Both the position numbers and the translations under genes were made by a program. 64,000 bases of DNA from Leptolyngbyaceae cyanobacterium. GTDB lineage: Bacteria > Cyanobacteriota > Cyanobacteriia > Phormidesmidales > Phormidesmidaceae. The notes beneath the pieces are model-generated. The model saw only the letters and a program-made list of their open reading frames with translations. It was not told the origin of the DNA and made no database searches. The DNA lies in assembly GCA_965263355.1 (NCBI GenBank), contig CBDHHL010000056.1, positions 1,152,001 to 1,216,000 on the forward strand. Reading direction: 5' to 3'. Below are positions 13,697 to 23,466 of this stretch, in pieces (within the stretch, counting starts at the first letter, position 1; every line of letters begins with the position of its first letter).

Positions 13697-13820
13697 TGCA
13701 TCGTCAAAGCTAAAAATTCGGGTTGGTTACGGATGAAGAGTGACGGGTAAAGGGTGACTCTTCATCCTTTTGGACTCTTTAACTGTTTTACCCGAAATCT
13801 TAGGCTTGACAGACCACTAA
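13694..13820. mobile_element. MITE-like palindromic element with imperfect ~30-bp terminal inverted repeats
   Basis: Left end tagtgcatcgtcaaagctaaaaattcgggt versus right end reverse complement tagtggtctgtcaagcctaagatttcgggt; internal stem ggatgaagagt/actcttcatcc; related ends recur at 23042-23058 and 40370-40401. Confidence 0.6.
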
Positions 13821-13832
13821 GTAAACTTACTA

Positions 13833-13871
13833 AAACAGCCCCCGATGTTTCCATAGACATCGAGGGCTATT
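13833..13871 (-). terminator. Rho-independent terminator for a minus-strand transcript
   Basis: Minus strand reads agccctcgatgt-ctatggaa-acatcgggggct followed by gtttt. Confidence 0.6.
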
Positions 13872-14859
13872 GCATACTTGAAAATCATTGATCCGATGGT
13901 AAATGCAGCGGGTCAAACGGACCTTGATGTTGTCAAATTCTTTAATGAAAGCTAGCTATGGGTAAATGCAGCGTCTTTCACTCTGATTTTGGTTGATTGC
14001 TTTAATGGCAGCCTATGATGTCCGAGCACCTTCAATGATACATACATCAATTGCACCCTCTATGCCTGATTTTGTCTGACTTATGCGTTCCAACATGGTA
14101 AGTACAAATCCTTGCGGGGGAAGGTAGCTTGGACGCTTAGCATTCATCACCATAGCCTTGACCATAGCTTCCTCTATGCTGCCACCTTCCAAAATCGTGC
14201 TGATTATCCACATATGTACGTAATCGAGAGAACATATTTACATAATCTTTGTATAAGGAGTAAAAATCATCAGCCAATTTAACTAGATATTTATCCAGGA
14301 ATGTAAATAAACCTTTTTGCGTCTAAAACGGTCATTTCTCCGTAAAAACCTACAGATTTCAACGGGGACGTGGTTTAAATGTTCGTTTGTTCGAGTGCTA
14401 AGGCCTGAACGTAAAACGTCAGGTCAAGGGGGCAATTGGCCGGTCAAAGCTTAATGTTGTCGGGGGAGCAGTATGCCACTTATTTAAGCGGATATCCAGT
14501 GGCTGAATAACTGCGATCGCAATGATAAGAAACTAGCCAGTAGCAAAAAGCCTTACCCAATCAAGGATATAGGGCTGTTTTACGTGCATCCTGTGTAAGC
14601 ATCCTATGGATTGATGTGAAGTTAATGCAAAAGAATCCACTGTGCCACTTAAGCCAACTTGCCAAAGGTGGCCCATTGGCTGCTGGAGGATTGATAATTT
14701 AGTAATGCGTTCGCAGTCTACGACAAATGGCTGATTTTTCTGCGATGTTCCGGAAATCAGTTTGGTGATAAGGACGTAAATGTAACTACGAATATCAGCG
14801 GAGCACTACTAACAGAATCAATAGAGACCTAAGTTCTAAGTATAAGGAAGTTTAAGCAA

Positions 14860-15039
14860 ATGTTAACGACAGTAGCTTCACCCTTACCCCGCAATCAAAT
14901 ACTTTCTACGATTGATGATGGGGCTAAGCGTCAGCAAGTTCCTCAGCCTTGGCGTAAGTTAATGGTTAGGGTCTTTTTGCAGCCGTTTTTATGGGCCGCT
15001 TGGTTTCGGTCAAGGGTCATTCTCCGTGAAGATTGGTAA
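14860..15039 (+). CDS. Small protein, 59 aa, not in the ORF track
   Basis: AAGGA upstream; MLTTVASPLPRNQILSTIDDGAKRQQVPQPWRKLMVRVFLQPFLWAAWFRSRVILREDW; amphipathic Trp/Arg-rich C-terminal half. Confidence 0.5.
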   Translation: MLTTVASPLPRNQILSTIDDGAKRQQVPQPWRKLMVRVFLQPFLWAAWFRSRVILREDW

Positions 15040-15079
15040 GCTATTTCCTTAATCAAGATTGGTAAGCTATTTCCTTAAT
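15029..15079 (+). repeat. Exact 25-bp tandem duplication (period 26)
   Basis: aagattggtaagctatttccttaat at 15029-15053 and 15055-15079. Confidence 0.9.
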
Positions 15080-15199
15080 ATTGGGGTCTTTCTTAGATAG
15101 ACCCTACCCTTCAAACGGGTCTACGGATTGCTAAAGCAGGCGTCTGTAGGCCCGTTTACTCAAACTATTAAAATAGTGGCGACGCATTCCATCGGTTGC

Positions 15200-15631
15200 A
15201 TGAGAAATCGCCATCACCCAAGTCGCTGGGCTGCTGTACGACTTGATAAGCGCAGTGGACTGCCCCAGACAGCAGGTGTTTATGCGGTGATTAAACGCAA
15301 AAAGATTTACTATATTGGCTTTTCAACCAACTTAAATCGAAGATGGCGAGGCAAGGGCCATCATCGGTTTGCCCAGGCTAACCAGTTAGGGCAGCCTAAT
15401 TTGCACTATTTACCGTTGTCCAAGGAATACGCACGAGCGGCTGAAAAGATACTAATTGCTAAATACAGGCCCCCCTGGAATTATTCCAAGGTGCCTGTAG
15501 TGGTTAAGAAGATTAACTGGATAAAGAGAATCGCTATGGCCGCTGCCGGTTTATTGGTGTTGTTTATTTCGAGTCGTAATCTGGTGCTGGGGCTGATGGC
15601 AGCGGTAGTTGCAATTTTACTGTTTCGCTAG
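15200..15631 (+). CDS. GIY-YIG nuclease-family protein with C-terminal hydrophobic helices
   Basis: GVYAV...YYIGFSTNLNRRW, E in AAEKILI, N in PPWN; C-terminal segments IAMAAAGLLVLFI and LVLGLMAAVVAILLF; start placed at ATG 15200. Confidence 0.8.
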   Translation: MRNRHHPSRWAAVRLDKRSGLPQTAGVYAVIKRKKIYYIGFSTNLNRRWRGKGHHRFAQANQLGQPNLHYLPLSKEYARAAEKILIAKYRPPWNYSKVPVVVKKINWIKRIAMAAAGLLVLFISSRNLVLGLMAAVVAILLFR

Positions 15632-16212
15632 GCTTCGTCAGACTCTGTTAGGTTGCGTTTGCGGATAGCCGCGAAGCCCATACCTAAAAGACCTGGAATA
15701 AGCGCAGGTGTTGGAATGGCCTCTGTATCAAGGTCTACAACAGCATAAAAAGCCGTGCTACCAGGGTCCAATAGACTACCAACAAATGGACCACCAGCTA
15801 TAGTGTTTCCATCGTAAGTGGTAAACGCAGCACTCCCAAATGAGGCTCTACCGTAAATGAAAAGAGGGCCAACAACAAAGTCATCGGTGCCATTAGGGTT
15901 GCTAAATTCGCTGTTTTCAAGACTAAACTGGTTAAAAGCATCAGTCGCCAGCTCGAATGCTATAGTCTCGTCGAATTCTATATCTTCACCATCTATGCCT
16001 TCAATAAACCAAGGGACCAAGTCTAGAAAATTGGCTCTGCCCCTAAGCTCATCAAAAGTGGTTTCTTCTACCGTGACGTTATAATCGTCTCCGCTAGTTG
16101 TTGTGAGGGTCAGGGTCAGAGCCTCAGCAGGAGCAGCAGATAGAGCTACCGTAGTAATAGCAGCAAGACTAGCGAAAAATGTAACAGAACTAGCAACTTT
16201 GCACATTCTCAT
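15628..16212 (-). CDS. PTPA-CTERM (PEP-CTERM-like) sorting-domain surface protein
   Basis: Signal peptide ending APAEA; C-terminal IPTPALIPGLLGMGFAAIRKR. Confidence 0.88.
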   Translation of the reverse strand: MRMCKVASSVTFFASLAAITTVALSAAPAEALTLTLTTTSGDDYNVTVEETTFDELRGRANFLDLVPWFIEGIDGEDIEFDETIAFELATDAFNQFSLENSEFSNPNGTDDFVVGPLFIYGRASFGSAAFTTYDGNTIAGGPFVGSLLDPGSTAFYAVVDLDTEAIPTPALIPGLLGMGFAAIRKRNLTESDEA

Positions 16213-16583
16213 GGTGAAATCTGGAAAAACAGCAAAATAAGCTGGATCGATACACAGTTCTCTATACGGAACAAAAGGATTTGCTTAGGGTGAAAACGTA
16301 AATTAGAACATTAAGTAGTAAAAAGTTTATCGTTAGGTCAAGAATTAAAAAAGATAACTATTAAACCTTTTCCTTCAAGTTTAGATAGAGATAGAAACTA
16401 TAGGAAATTTTTTCAACGTTCTAAAGCCTACTTTTGGTTAGTTTCGTAAACCAGCTCTGCCTTTATATAGCGTTTCTCACATATATTGAATACCCCCCAC
16501 TCACTCCCACGGACACCGCCAGAATGTATTTATCTTAGTCAGGAGTCGCTATACAACCACCCTACTATCATTAACAAAGAACA

Positions 16584-17045
16584 ATGTTATCTAATATTCT
16601 TATTGTTGAAGACAGCCAAGGTAGACGAGAAATTGTACTTGATAGCTCTGTCTATTCCATTGGCCGTGATCCAACATGCGATGTTTGTTTAGCCTCACAG
16701 TTTGTCAGTAGACACCATGCGACATTAGTACAGCTTCCTAGAGATGATAAGACTTACGACTACCGGATTGTAGATGGCAATCTAGAGGGTAAATCCAGTG
16801 CTAATGGCGTATTGGTTAACGGTCGTAAACTACAAGCGCATGACCTCAAGAATGAAGATGAAATTGTTTTTGGTCCCCAAGCGCGTGCCATCTACTATCG
16901 CCTAAATCGAGATACCACAGACACTGTGCCCCCGAATTACTTTGACCCCAATGATCCTGCAAACTGTCCTCGGCCCTTATCCCCTTTGGCACCTACATTT
17001 GGAGCAGAAGCGATACCGGACAATGGAGAAAGCCATATTCCCTAG
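16584..17045 (+). CDS. FHA domain protein
   Basis: SIGRD, VSRHHA, SANGVLVNG and DEIVFG FHA motifs. Confidence 0.9.
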   Translation: MLSNILIVEDSQGRREIVLDSSVYSIGRDPTCDVCLASQFVSRHHATLVQLPRDDKTYDYRIVDGNLEGKSSANGVLVNGRKLQAHDLKNEDEIVFGPQARAIYYRLNRDTTDTVPPNYFDPNDPANCPRPLSPLAPTFGAEAIPDNGESHIP

Positions 17046-17269
17046 ACCGTTGTAAACTGCTTATATACTTCAATGCTGGTAATGCAGAGATAGATAGTAA
17101 TTGGCTCGGTAAAGGAAATTTTAACTGTAGCTGTTATCTATAAATATTTTTCGTCAAGCATTTCGATAACAGCGAGATAACCCAAAGACCCTAAAACTGG
17201 GAGTTTGGGGGCATGAATAACGCCTGTCCATCACCAAACTCCCTACTTCTCTTCTGCCTTAACTCTCTC

Positions 17270-18790
17270 CTACCTTGAGAAGAAGTTATCCTTCTTGCGA
17301 ACAAACAGATCCGTAAAGAAGGAGATAACCGTGCGCTTTTCTGTCTTGATATTTGCATTTAGCGACATACCAGACTGTAGCGTATAGGTTTCACCCCTAG
17401 ATTCGAGGACCTGAGACTGCAGCTGAATCTCTGCCGGGAATCGATAGAATGGATAAACCTCATCGGGGGGTAAGGCGTCAGAACCAATGCTGATTAGGTG
17501 ACCGTCGATGTCGCCGTACTCACTATAGGTAAACGCATCAATCCGCACATCAACTGCCTTACACTCAGCCTTGATGCCTGCCTGGTCCTCAGCTCGAACC
17601 GCAGCACGACAATCATCGGTTAACTGAACAAAACCGATGTCTTTGTTAGGAATAAAGACGCGGGCAATCAGGTTCTCTTGGGGAACAATTTCTAAAATCG
17701 GTTCGGTGGAGTTAGCGGCATAGCCAGGCTGGTTGGCCTTGAGGTTAAACACAACGCCACTGACAGGGGCTGTTAGCTCACGAAACTGTAATTGTTCTTC
17801 GAGCTGGGCAATGCGACTACCTAGTTCTTGTCGTTGGGTCTCATTTTGTAAGACCGCCTGCCCCAGGTCACTGTCAATGGATGAAATGCGCTCACGATTC
17901 GTACGAATCTGGTCGCGACGGATGCGTTCAAATTCGAAATCGGCACGGGCAATTTCTGCCTCAGCCTGCTTAATTTGAGCATCAAGACGGCTAATTTCAT
18001 CCTTGAGCGTATTAACCCGAGTGATGCGAGTGCTCACTTCTTGTTCTTGTTGTAGTCGACTGAGTTCTGCAACAGCGCCCTCTTCTTCTAGCCACTGTAA
18101 TCGGCTGAGAATTTCGTCATTGGTGTCCAGGTCGTTTTCAGCGTTGATCAATTCAAACCGTGCCTGACTTAATCGGGCTTGTAGGTCAGTAATTTGCTCA
18201 CGGTTTTGAGTTTGCCGAGCCTGGACTTCTTCCCTGGCAATATCCACATCGGCAGCAGCGACGGCAGATAGGTCACTGGTATCACCATCAATTTGGGCTT
18301 GATAAATTTGGTTGCTGGCTTCTAATTCGTTTCGTTCTTCTAATCGCTGTTGTAAATCTCCAGCAACGGCCCCTGTAACCACAATGTCACTACCATTGCC
18401 ATTTTGGGCGCGATAAATTTCTGTCTGGTCTGAGAGATATTCACGAATGCTGAGTAACGATTCTAGCTCGGCTTTGGCAGCTGCTTGGTTAAACGTAATT
18501 AATACATCCCCTTTTTTTACCAGATCGCCTTCCTTAACATGGATTTTTTCGATCACACCGCCACTGGGGGTTTGGACTGGCTGTACCACGCCTACGGGTT
18601 CTAACTTGCCCTGGGCTGGGATGGTTTCTTCCACCTTGGCCAGAAACGCCCACAGAACGCAAATGCTTGTAACGCTCAGAATGGCCCACACAATCGCCCG
18701 TGACCACACCGGGGACTGCCGTAAGATGACGGGCTGGTCGAAGGGTTGGACCTGACTGGCACCGTTGTTTTGTAGTTGTTGAGATGTCAT
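17270..18790 (-). CDS. HlyD family type I secretion membrane fusion protein
   Basis: N-terminal TM helix, GKLEP...VKEGDLVKKGD lipoyl-like half motif, long coiled coil, LTAPVSG, LQSGM. Confidence 0.92.
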   Translation of the reverse strand: MTSQQLQNNGASQVQPFDQPVILRQSPVWSRAIVWAILSVTSICVLWAFLAKVEETIPAQGKLEPVGVVQPVQTPSGGVIEKIHVKEGDLVKKGDVLITFNQAAAKAELESLLSIREYLSDQTEIYRAQNGNGSDIVVTGAVAGDLQQRLEERNELEASNQIYQAQIDGDTSDLSAVAAADVDIAREEVQARQTQNREQITDLQARLSQARFELINAENDLDTNDEILSRLQWLEEEGAVAELSRLQQEQEVSTRITRVNTLKDEISRLDAQIKQAEAEIARADFEFERIRRDQIRTNRERISSIDSDLGQAVLQNETQRQELGSRIAQLEEQLQFRELTAPVSGVVFNLKANQPGYAANSTEPILEIVPQENLIARVFIPNKDIGFVQLTDDCRAAVRAEDQAGIKAECKAVDVRIDAFTYSEYGDIDGHLISIGSDALPPDEVYPFYRFPAEIQLQSQVLESRGETYTLQSGMSLNANIKTEKRTVISFFTDLFVRKKDNFFSR

Positions 18791-18792
18791 GA

Positions 18793-21783
18793 CTAACCGT
18801 TCCCTTGTTGTTGGTGTAGACAGTAGTAACGCCCCTTAAGTGCCAAAAGCTCATCGTGGGTGCCTTCTTCGACGATAGAGCCCTGGTCCATCACGATAAT
18901 ATTATTGGCGGTACGTAGGGCTCCCAGTCGGTGGGTAATAAAGAAGACGGTGCGTCCTTTGGCCCATTGCATCAGGTTAGCGGAGACTTGAGCCTCGGTG
19001 TCGTAGTCAAGGGCACTGGTGGCCTCGTCCAAAATTAGTAGCCGAGGATTTTGCAAAATTGTGCGTGCGATCGCAACCCGCTGTCGCTGTCCCCCCGATA
19101 AGGATGACCCTCGTTCTCCTACCCGAGTGTTGTAGCCCACCGGTAGCCCCATAATAAAGTCATGACAGCAGGCAATCTGAGCAGCCTGAATTACTTCTTC
19201 AGTAGTCGCTTCAGGATTGGTCAACGCGATATTTTCCTGAATGGTGCCCTCAAACAGCAGACTATCCTGGGGCACAATACCTACCTGTCGTCGTAAGGAA
19301 TATAGCTCCACCTTATTAATATCGTAATTATCAATCAGGATACGGCCCGAGTTCGGAGCATATAGCCTGGGTAACAGTTTCATCATGGTACTTTTACCCG
19401 AACCACTGAGCCCCACTAGCCCGACAAATTGACCCGCTGGAAACTCGGCATTGATATTTGAGAGCTGCAATGGGCCAGATGCCCCAAATCGGAAAGAGAC
19501 ATTCTCATAGCGGACATGACCTTTCACGTCCGGCATCGGAATTTGGCTACGCTGCTCGTCCTCTTGTTCTTGGGGATGGTCGATGATATCGCTCAAACGC
19601 TCCAAGGACAGGGCCGTTTCTTGGAAGTTTTGCCATAGCTGGGTCAATCGCAACAACGGCTGAGTCACATACCCCGCAATAATTCGGAAGGCAATTAATT
19701 CACCCAGGGTCAACTCGCCTTCAAGCACCAGGTAAGCACCAAACCACAGCACCAGCAAACCCGAAATTTTATTCAGGAAGTTACTAGCAGAGCTAGCGGT
19801 GGTGGAGGTAAGCACCGTCTTAAACCCGTCACTCACATAGCGGCCATATCGGTCCTGCCATTTCCAACGGGTATTCAGCTCAATATTCTGGGCCTTAACC
19901 GTTTGAATACCCGATAGGGCCTCCACCAAAAATGATTGGGTCTTGGCATTTTGCTCTGCCTTAGCCCGCAACTGACGCCGGACAATCGGTGACACAAAAA
20001 AGGTCAACCCCAAAAAGAGGGGAATGGTTGCCAGGGATACCACCGTCAGCTTGATGCTGTAAATCAGCATAACGAGGATATAAACCACTGAGAAAACCGC
20101 ATCCAACACCACGGTCAGGGCCGTACCGGTGAGAAATTGACGGATATTTTCTAGCTCGTTCACTCGGCTGGACAGTTCACCCACTGGACGCCGGTCAAAA
20201 TATTTCAGCGGCAACCGCAGCAGGTGGTCGATAGTTTGAGACGCCAGGGTCATGTCGATACGGTTGGTGGTATCGACAAATAGATAGGTACGCAGACTGC
20301 CAAGAATGGCCTCAAACACAGCCACAATCACCAGGAATATGCCAAGCACGTGCAGTGTATCGACGCTTTGCTGCACAATCACTCGGTCAATAATCACCTG
20401 AATCATCAGGGGATTGGCCAAGCCAAATATTTGATAGAAGAATGAAGCAGCTAATACCTCAACCAGAATCCACTTGTACTTCTGGAGGGAAGGCACAAAC
20501 CAAGACAACCCAAAGCGTTGCTGGGGCGTCTGAGCGGTGGCCTCTAATAAAAGCACCTCACCCTCAGGTCCCCAGATTTCTTCAAAGGCTTGGGGGGAGT
20601 GGCGCACGGTTCCCCGGTCTCCAGGGCTACCAATGACGTATTGCTTTGCTGAGGTTTCATAAATGATGGCGTAGCTATCGCGCCATTTAATCAAAGCTAA
20701 CTTGGGCAGTCGGCCAATGGCACTGGCAGGTACCTTAGCGAGCTGAGGTTTAAGGCCCAACATGTCGGCAACCGCCCCGCAAGAAGGTAGGGAAACTTGG
20801 CCCAAACGCGCCTTTTGGTTGGCCAGAACCTTGCGTACAACATCCCGCTTAAAGGGCATATTGAAATACTTGGCCAACATCTCAAAGCAGGCAACCAGGG
20901 TGTCTAGCTCACCGCGAGCACGGATATGGGGATAAGCCTGATTGCTAAGTTCTGTGTCGTTGTCAATATCTTGGGGAATCGCATTGGCGTAGGGAATCGT
21001 CGACTCAGCAGCCGATGTATCTGGTGCGTCCGCCTCTCCCCAAGGGTCATCGTTTAACACTTCTACCGTTTTGGTTTCCACCTGGGTAGCCAGAATGGCA
21101 TGGGGAATACCGATTAGACGAGCGCCACTGGCACTAATTACTTCAGTCGAGGCGATGGTAGGACTCAACTGATCGCCTTGTTCATGAAACGCTACGTTCC
21201 CACGGCTAATAAACCAGAGGTTTTGCTTATCTAAGTCACTATGTGTCAGCGGACCATTAGGGACTTCTTTAACCGTAATTCCCTGACGGAGAATAGTTTC
21301 TGTCAGGGTAGCGATATCGCCAACATTATGAGCCTGCTTTTCAAAATATTTGCCGAGAATTTCGAATAGCTCTGCCAGGTAGCAATGGTTTTGGACGGCA
21401 TTGGCAAAGTTGGGCTGACTGGAAATAAGCTGCTTGATGATATTGACTGGGATGGCGGCTGCCACAATTTCAGTGGATGCGATCGCGCTTTCGCACGCCA
21501 CTCCCCTGGCAGGACCTGCCAGACCCAAAATGTCCCCAGGACCCAATAATTTTAACGTAATTGGATTTTTGGTGTAAGGGTCATATCCCAGTAGGCGTAC
21601 CTGACCCTCTTTAATTAGGATCACCTGATGGGGCATCGTTTCACGCCGCAGGATAGGCTGGCCCATGCGGTATCTCAACAGTTGACTTTTATCAGCCAAC
21701 GTCTGTAATACCTCTGCCGGTAAGCGATCAAACGGCGTCATATCGCTTAGCAGTTGATATATAGGGTTCACAGTATAAGTCAT
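18793..21783 (-). CDS. Type I secretion ABC transporter (cNMP-binding domain + C39-like domain + ABC TM + NBD), HlyB family
   Basis: N-terminal cNMP-like domain (IKEGQVRLLG), TM region, GLSGSGKS, LSGGQRQR and ILDEATSALD motifs. Confidence 0.93.
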   Translation of the reverse strand: MTYTVNPIYQLLSDMTPFDRLPAEVLQTLADKSQLLRYRMGQPILRRETMPHQVILIKEGQVRLLGYDPYTKNPITLKLLGPGDILGLAGPARGVACESAIASTEIVAAAIPVNIIKQLISSQPNFANAVQNHCYLAELFEILGKYFEKQAHNVGDIATLTETILRQGITVKEVPNGPLTHSDLDKQNLWFISRGNVAFHEQGDQLSPTIASTEVISASGARLIGIPHAILATQVETKTVEVLNDDPWGEADAPDTSAAESTIPYANAIPQDIDNDTELSNQAYPHIRARGELDTLVACFEMLAKYFNMPFKRDVVRKVLANQKARLGQVSLPSCGAVADMLGLKPQLAKVPASAIGRLPKLALIKWRDSYAIIYETSAKQYVIGSPGDRGTVRHSPQAFEEIWGPEGEVLLLEATAQTPQQRFGLSWFVPSLQKYKWILVEVLAASFFYQIFGLANPLMIQVIIDRVIVQQSVDTLHVLGIFLVIVAVFEAILGSLRTYLFVDTTNRIDMTLASQTIDHLLRLPLKYFDRRPVGELSSRVNELENIRQFLTGTALTVVLDAVFSVVYILVMLIYSIKLTVVSLATIPLFLGLTFFVSPIVRRQLRAKAEQNAKTQSFLVEALSGIQTVKAQNIELNTRWKWQDRYGRYVSDGFKTVLTSTTASSASNFLNKISGLLVLWFGAYLVLEGELTLGELIAFRIIAGYVTQPLLRLTQLWQNFQETALSLERLSDIIDHPQEQEDEQRSQIPMPDVKGHVRYENVSFRFGASGPLQLSNINAEFPAGQFVGLVGLSGSGKSTMMKLLPRLYAPNSGRILIDNYDINKVELYSLRRQVGIVPQDSLLFEGTIQENIALTNPEATTEEVIQAAQIACCHDFIMGLPVGYNTRVGERGSSLSGGQRQRVAIARTILQNPRLLILDEATSALDYDTEAQVSANLMQWAKGRTVFFITHRLGALRTANNIIVMDQGSIVEEGTHDELLALKGRYYCLHQQQGNG

Positions 21784-21818
21784 ACGCTATGCAAATTCAT
21801 TCTTAATTAGCTAATGTC

Positions 21819-22541
21819 TTAGGACACAAGGGGTTGAACGCCTGTTACCTGAGTCGTTTCCCTAAGCCAGGTTTCAAAGAGTTCATTGAGCAGCTGCTGG
21901 CGCATGGAGTCATCAAACTGAGCCGGTACAAATTTTTCTAAACGAGTAATGACATACCATTCGCCAATGGGTGTGGGAGACCAAAGCTGCCCAGGTTGAC
22001 TGACTGAAAGCATCCGACCAATCATCGGGTGGGGTACGGTCAGGGCAACAGGGCCAATTAAGCCACCGGTTTGGGATTCCTGGCCTTCGGAGTAAGCACG
22101 AGCCAAATCACTAAAGGATTCACCGTCGTCATTGAGACGAAAATAAAGCTCTTGGGCCAGACTTGGATCTTTGGTGCGAATCAATGAATAGAGCACCCGA
22201 TCAAACTTGGCCTTACGCTCTAAAAAATACGACTCTGTTTGATTACCCCAGGTATCCTCCTTAAACTTTGCCAGCTTGGCTTCTCGCAACGCCCTCATAT
22301 ACATCTGCTCTTGGGTCAGCTTGTTTTGGGTTTGCCATGCCTGCTGCTGCTGTTCAGTTAGCAACTTACGTTGCGAGCAAAAGGTTTTGTAAGCTTCTTC
22401 GGGATCACACTCAACAGAGTCTATTGCTTGATCAATAACGACCTCCTGCACCAGCTTAGGCAAAAGCTGATATTGATCCAGTCGTTCTAACAAAGCTCGA
22501 ATATCAAGCTCTAAATCACCAATTTTCAAGACTGCTGCCAT
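21819..22541 (-). CDS. Parvulin (PpiC-type) peptidyl-prolyl isomerase associated with the T1SS
   Basis: VLYSLIR, ELYFRL, FSDLARAYS and GGLIGP rotamase motifs; first gene of the ABC/HlyD operon. Confidence 0.88.
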   Translation of the reverse strand: MAAVLKIGDLELDIRALLERLDQYQLLPKLVQEVVIDQAIDSVECDPEEAYKTFCSQRKLLTEQQQQAWQTQNKLTQEQMYMRALREAKLAKFKEDTWGNQTESYFLERKAKFDRVLYSLIRTKDPSLAQELYFRLNDDGESFSDLARAYSEGQESQTGGLIGPVALTVPHPMIGRMLSVSQPGQLWSPTPIGEWYVITRLEKFVPAQFDDSMRQQLLNELFETWLRETTQVTGVQPLVS

Positions 22542-23308
22542 TAAAAACCCCTGATAGATTAAAATGCTGTCGCGTCATACCTGACGGTGGTTAAGCAAGA
22601 TTTAGTTAGATAAGGTTAGGAATTAGAAGTATGAGCGATTTTACAAGGTCAAATTCCTAGGCTTGGAAAACTCAAAACCATAATCAGGAAAAATCGTTAA
22701 TGCTAGATAAGTCCAACCTAGCATCAGGAAAAATCGCTACAACCTCCATATTTATATATTTGAAATAATTTTACAGATTCACAAAAGGGAGCTTGCTTAA
22801 TTTTTCCCGCTACAACTTTGTACCAAACAAGTTTATTAGATAAATCTGACTAGATAGTAATGATTAAAGTTTGGGCATATCCATAAAAGTTAAAGTTACA
22901 CAGACTGAACCAGTTAATACATACGACCTTTATCAAATTAAGACAATCAAGTTAACTAGTTCTTCACAAATAGAGGGCTTGCTCCGGTTGTTTTTCCATA
23001 CAGTTATGTCATTGATTCAGGGCCTGTTCAACCAGAGTTAGTTTTGACAGACCACTAGTAAAAACTATAGTTTTGATTAATTTTGAATCGATACTGATTG
23101 ATATAAGGTTCACCATAACTTTTTGATGAGAGTTGATCCTATGACCCATGCACAGTTTTGTTGATAAGTCAATAAATTTATTGTTGCTATGGGGCAGTGG
23201 CAAGACAGTGCATTCCTAGCAATTATCTTGGCTGGCCTTAGACGTATTGCTGGGATATTTAGTTTAGTCATATTGGGTATCCACTCAAGCCGGGAAATTC
23301 TGGTTAAC

Positions 23309-23377
23309 TAGGAATCTAGAATCCAGGAGCCAGAATGGAGAAGGGATATGGCTTCTGGCTCCTGACTTCTGACATCT
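23309..23377. repeat. STRR-like heptamer repeats arranged as an inverted pair
   Basis: ggaatct-agaatcc-aggagcc-agaat ... ttctggc-tcctgac-ttctgac. Confidence 0.65.
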
Positions 23378-23466
23378 ATCCTTGGGAAAACTGCCCGCTT
23401 TAAGTTGGTACCCGTCATATTAAAATTTTCATCAGACAGGAGGGCAGGATCAATCAAAACTAAAGA

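Noticed and set aside
14013..14213. 66-aa minus-strand ORF
   Set aside because: No recognisable motif or RBS; probably spurious
13890..15080. CRISPR array
   Set aside because: Only two-copy repeats (a 13-mer and a 25-mer), no regular repeat-spacer series and no cas genes
18793..21783. Bacteriocin/RiPP-processing peptidase transporter
   Set aside because: The catalytic Cys and His of the C39 domain appear substituted, and no double-glycine precursor or modification enzyme is nearby
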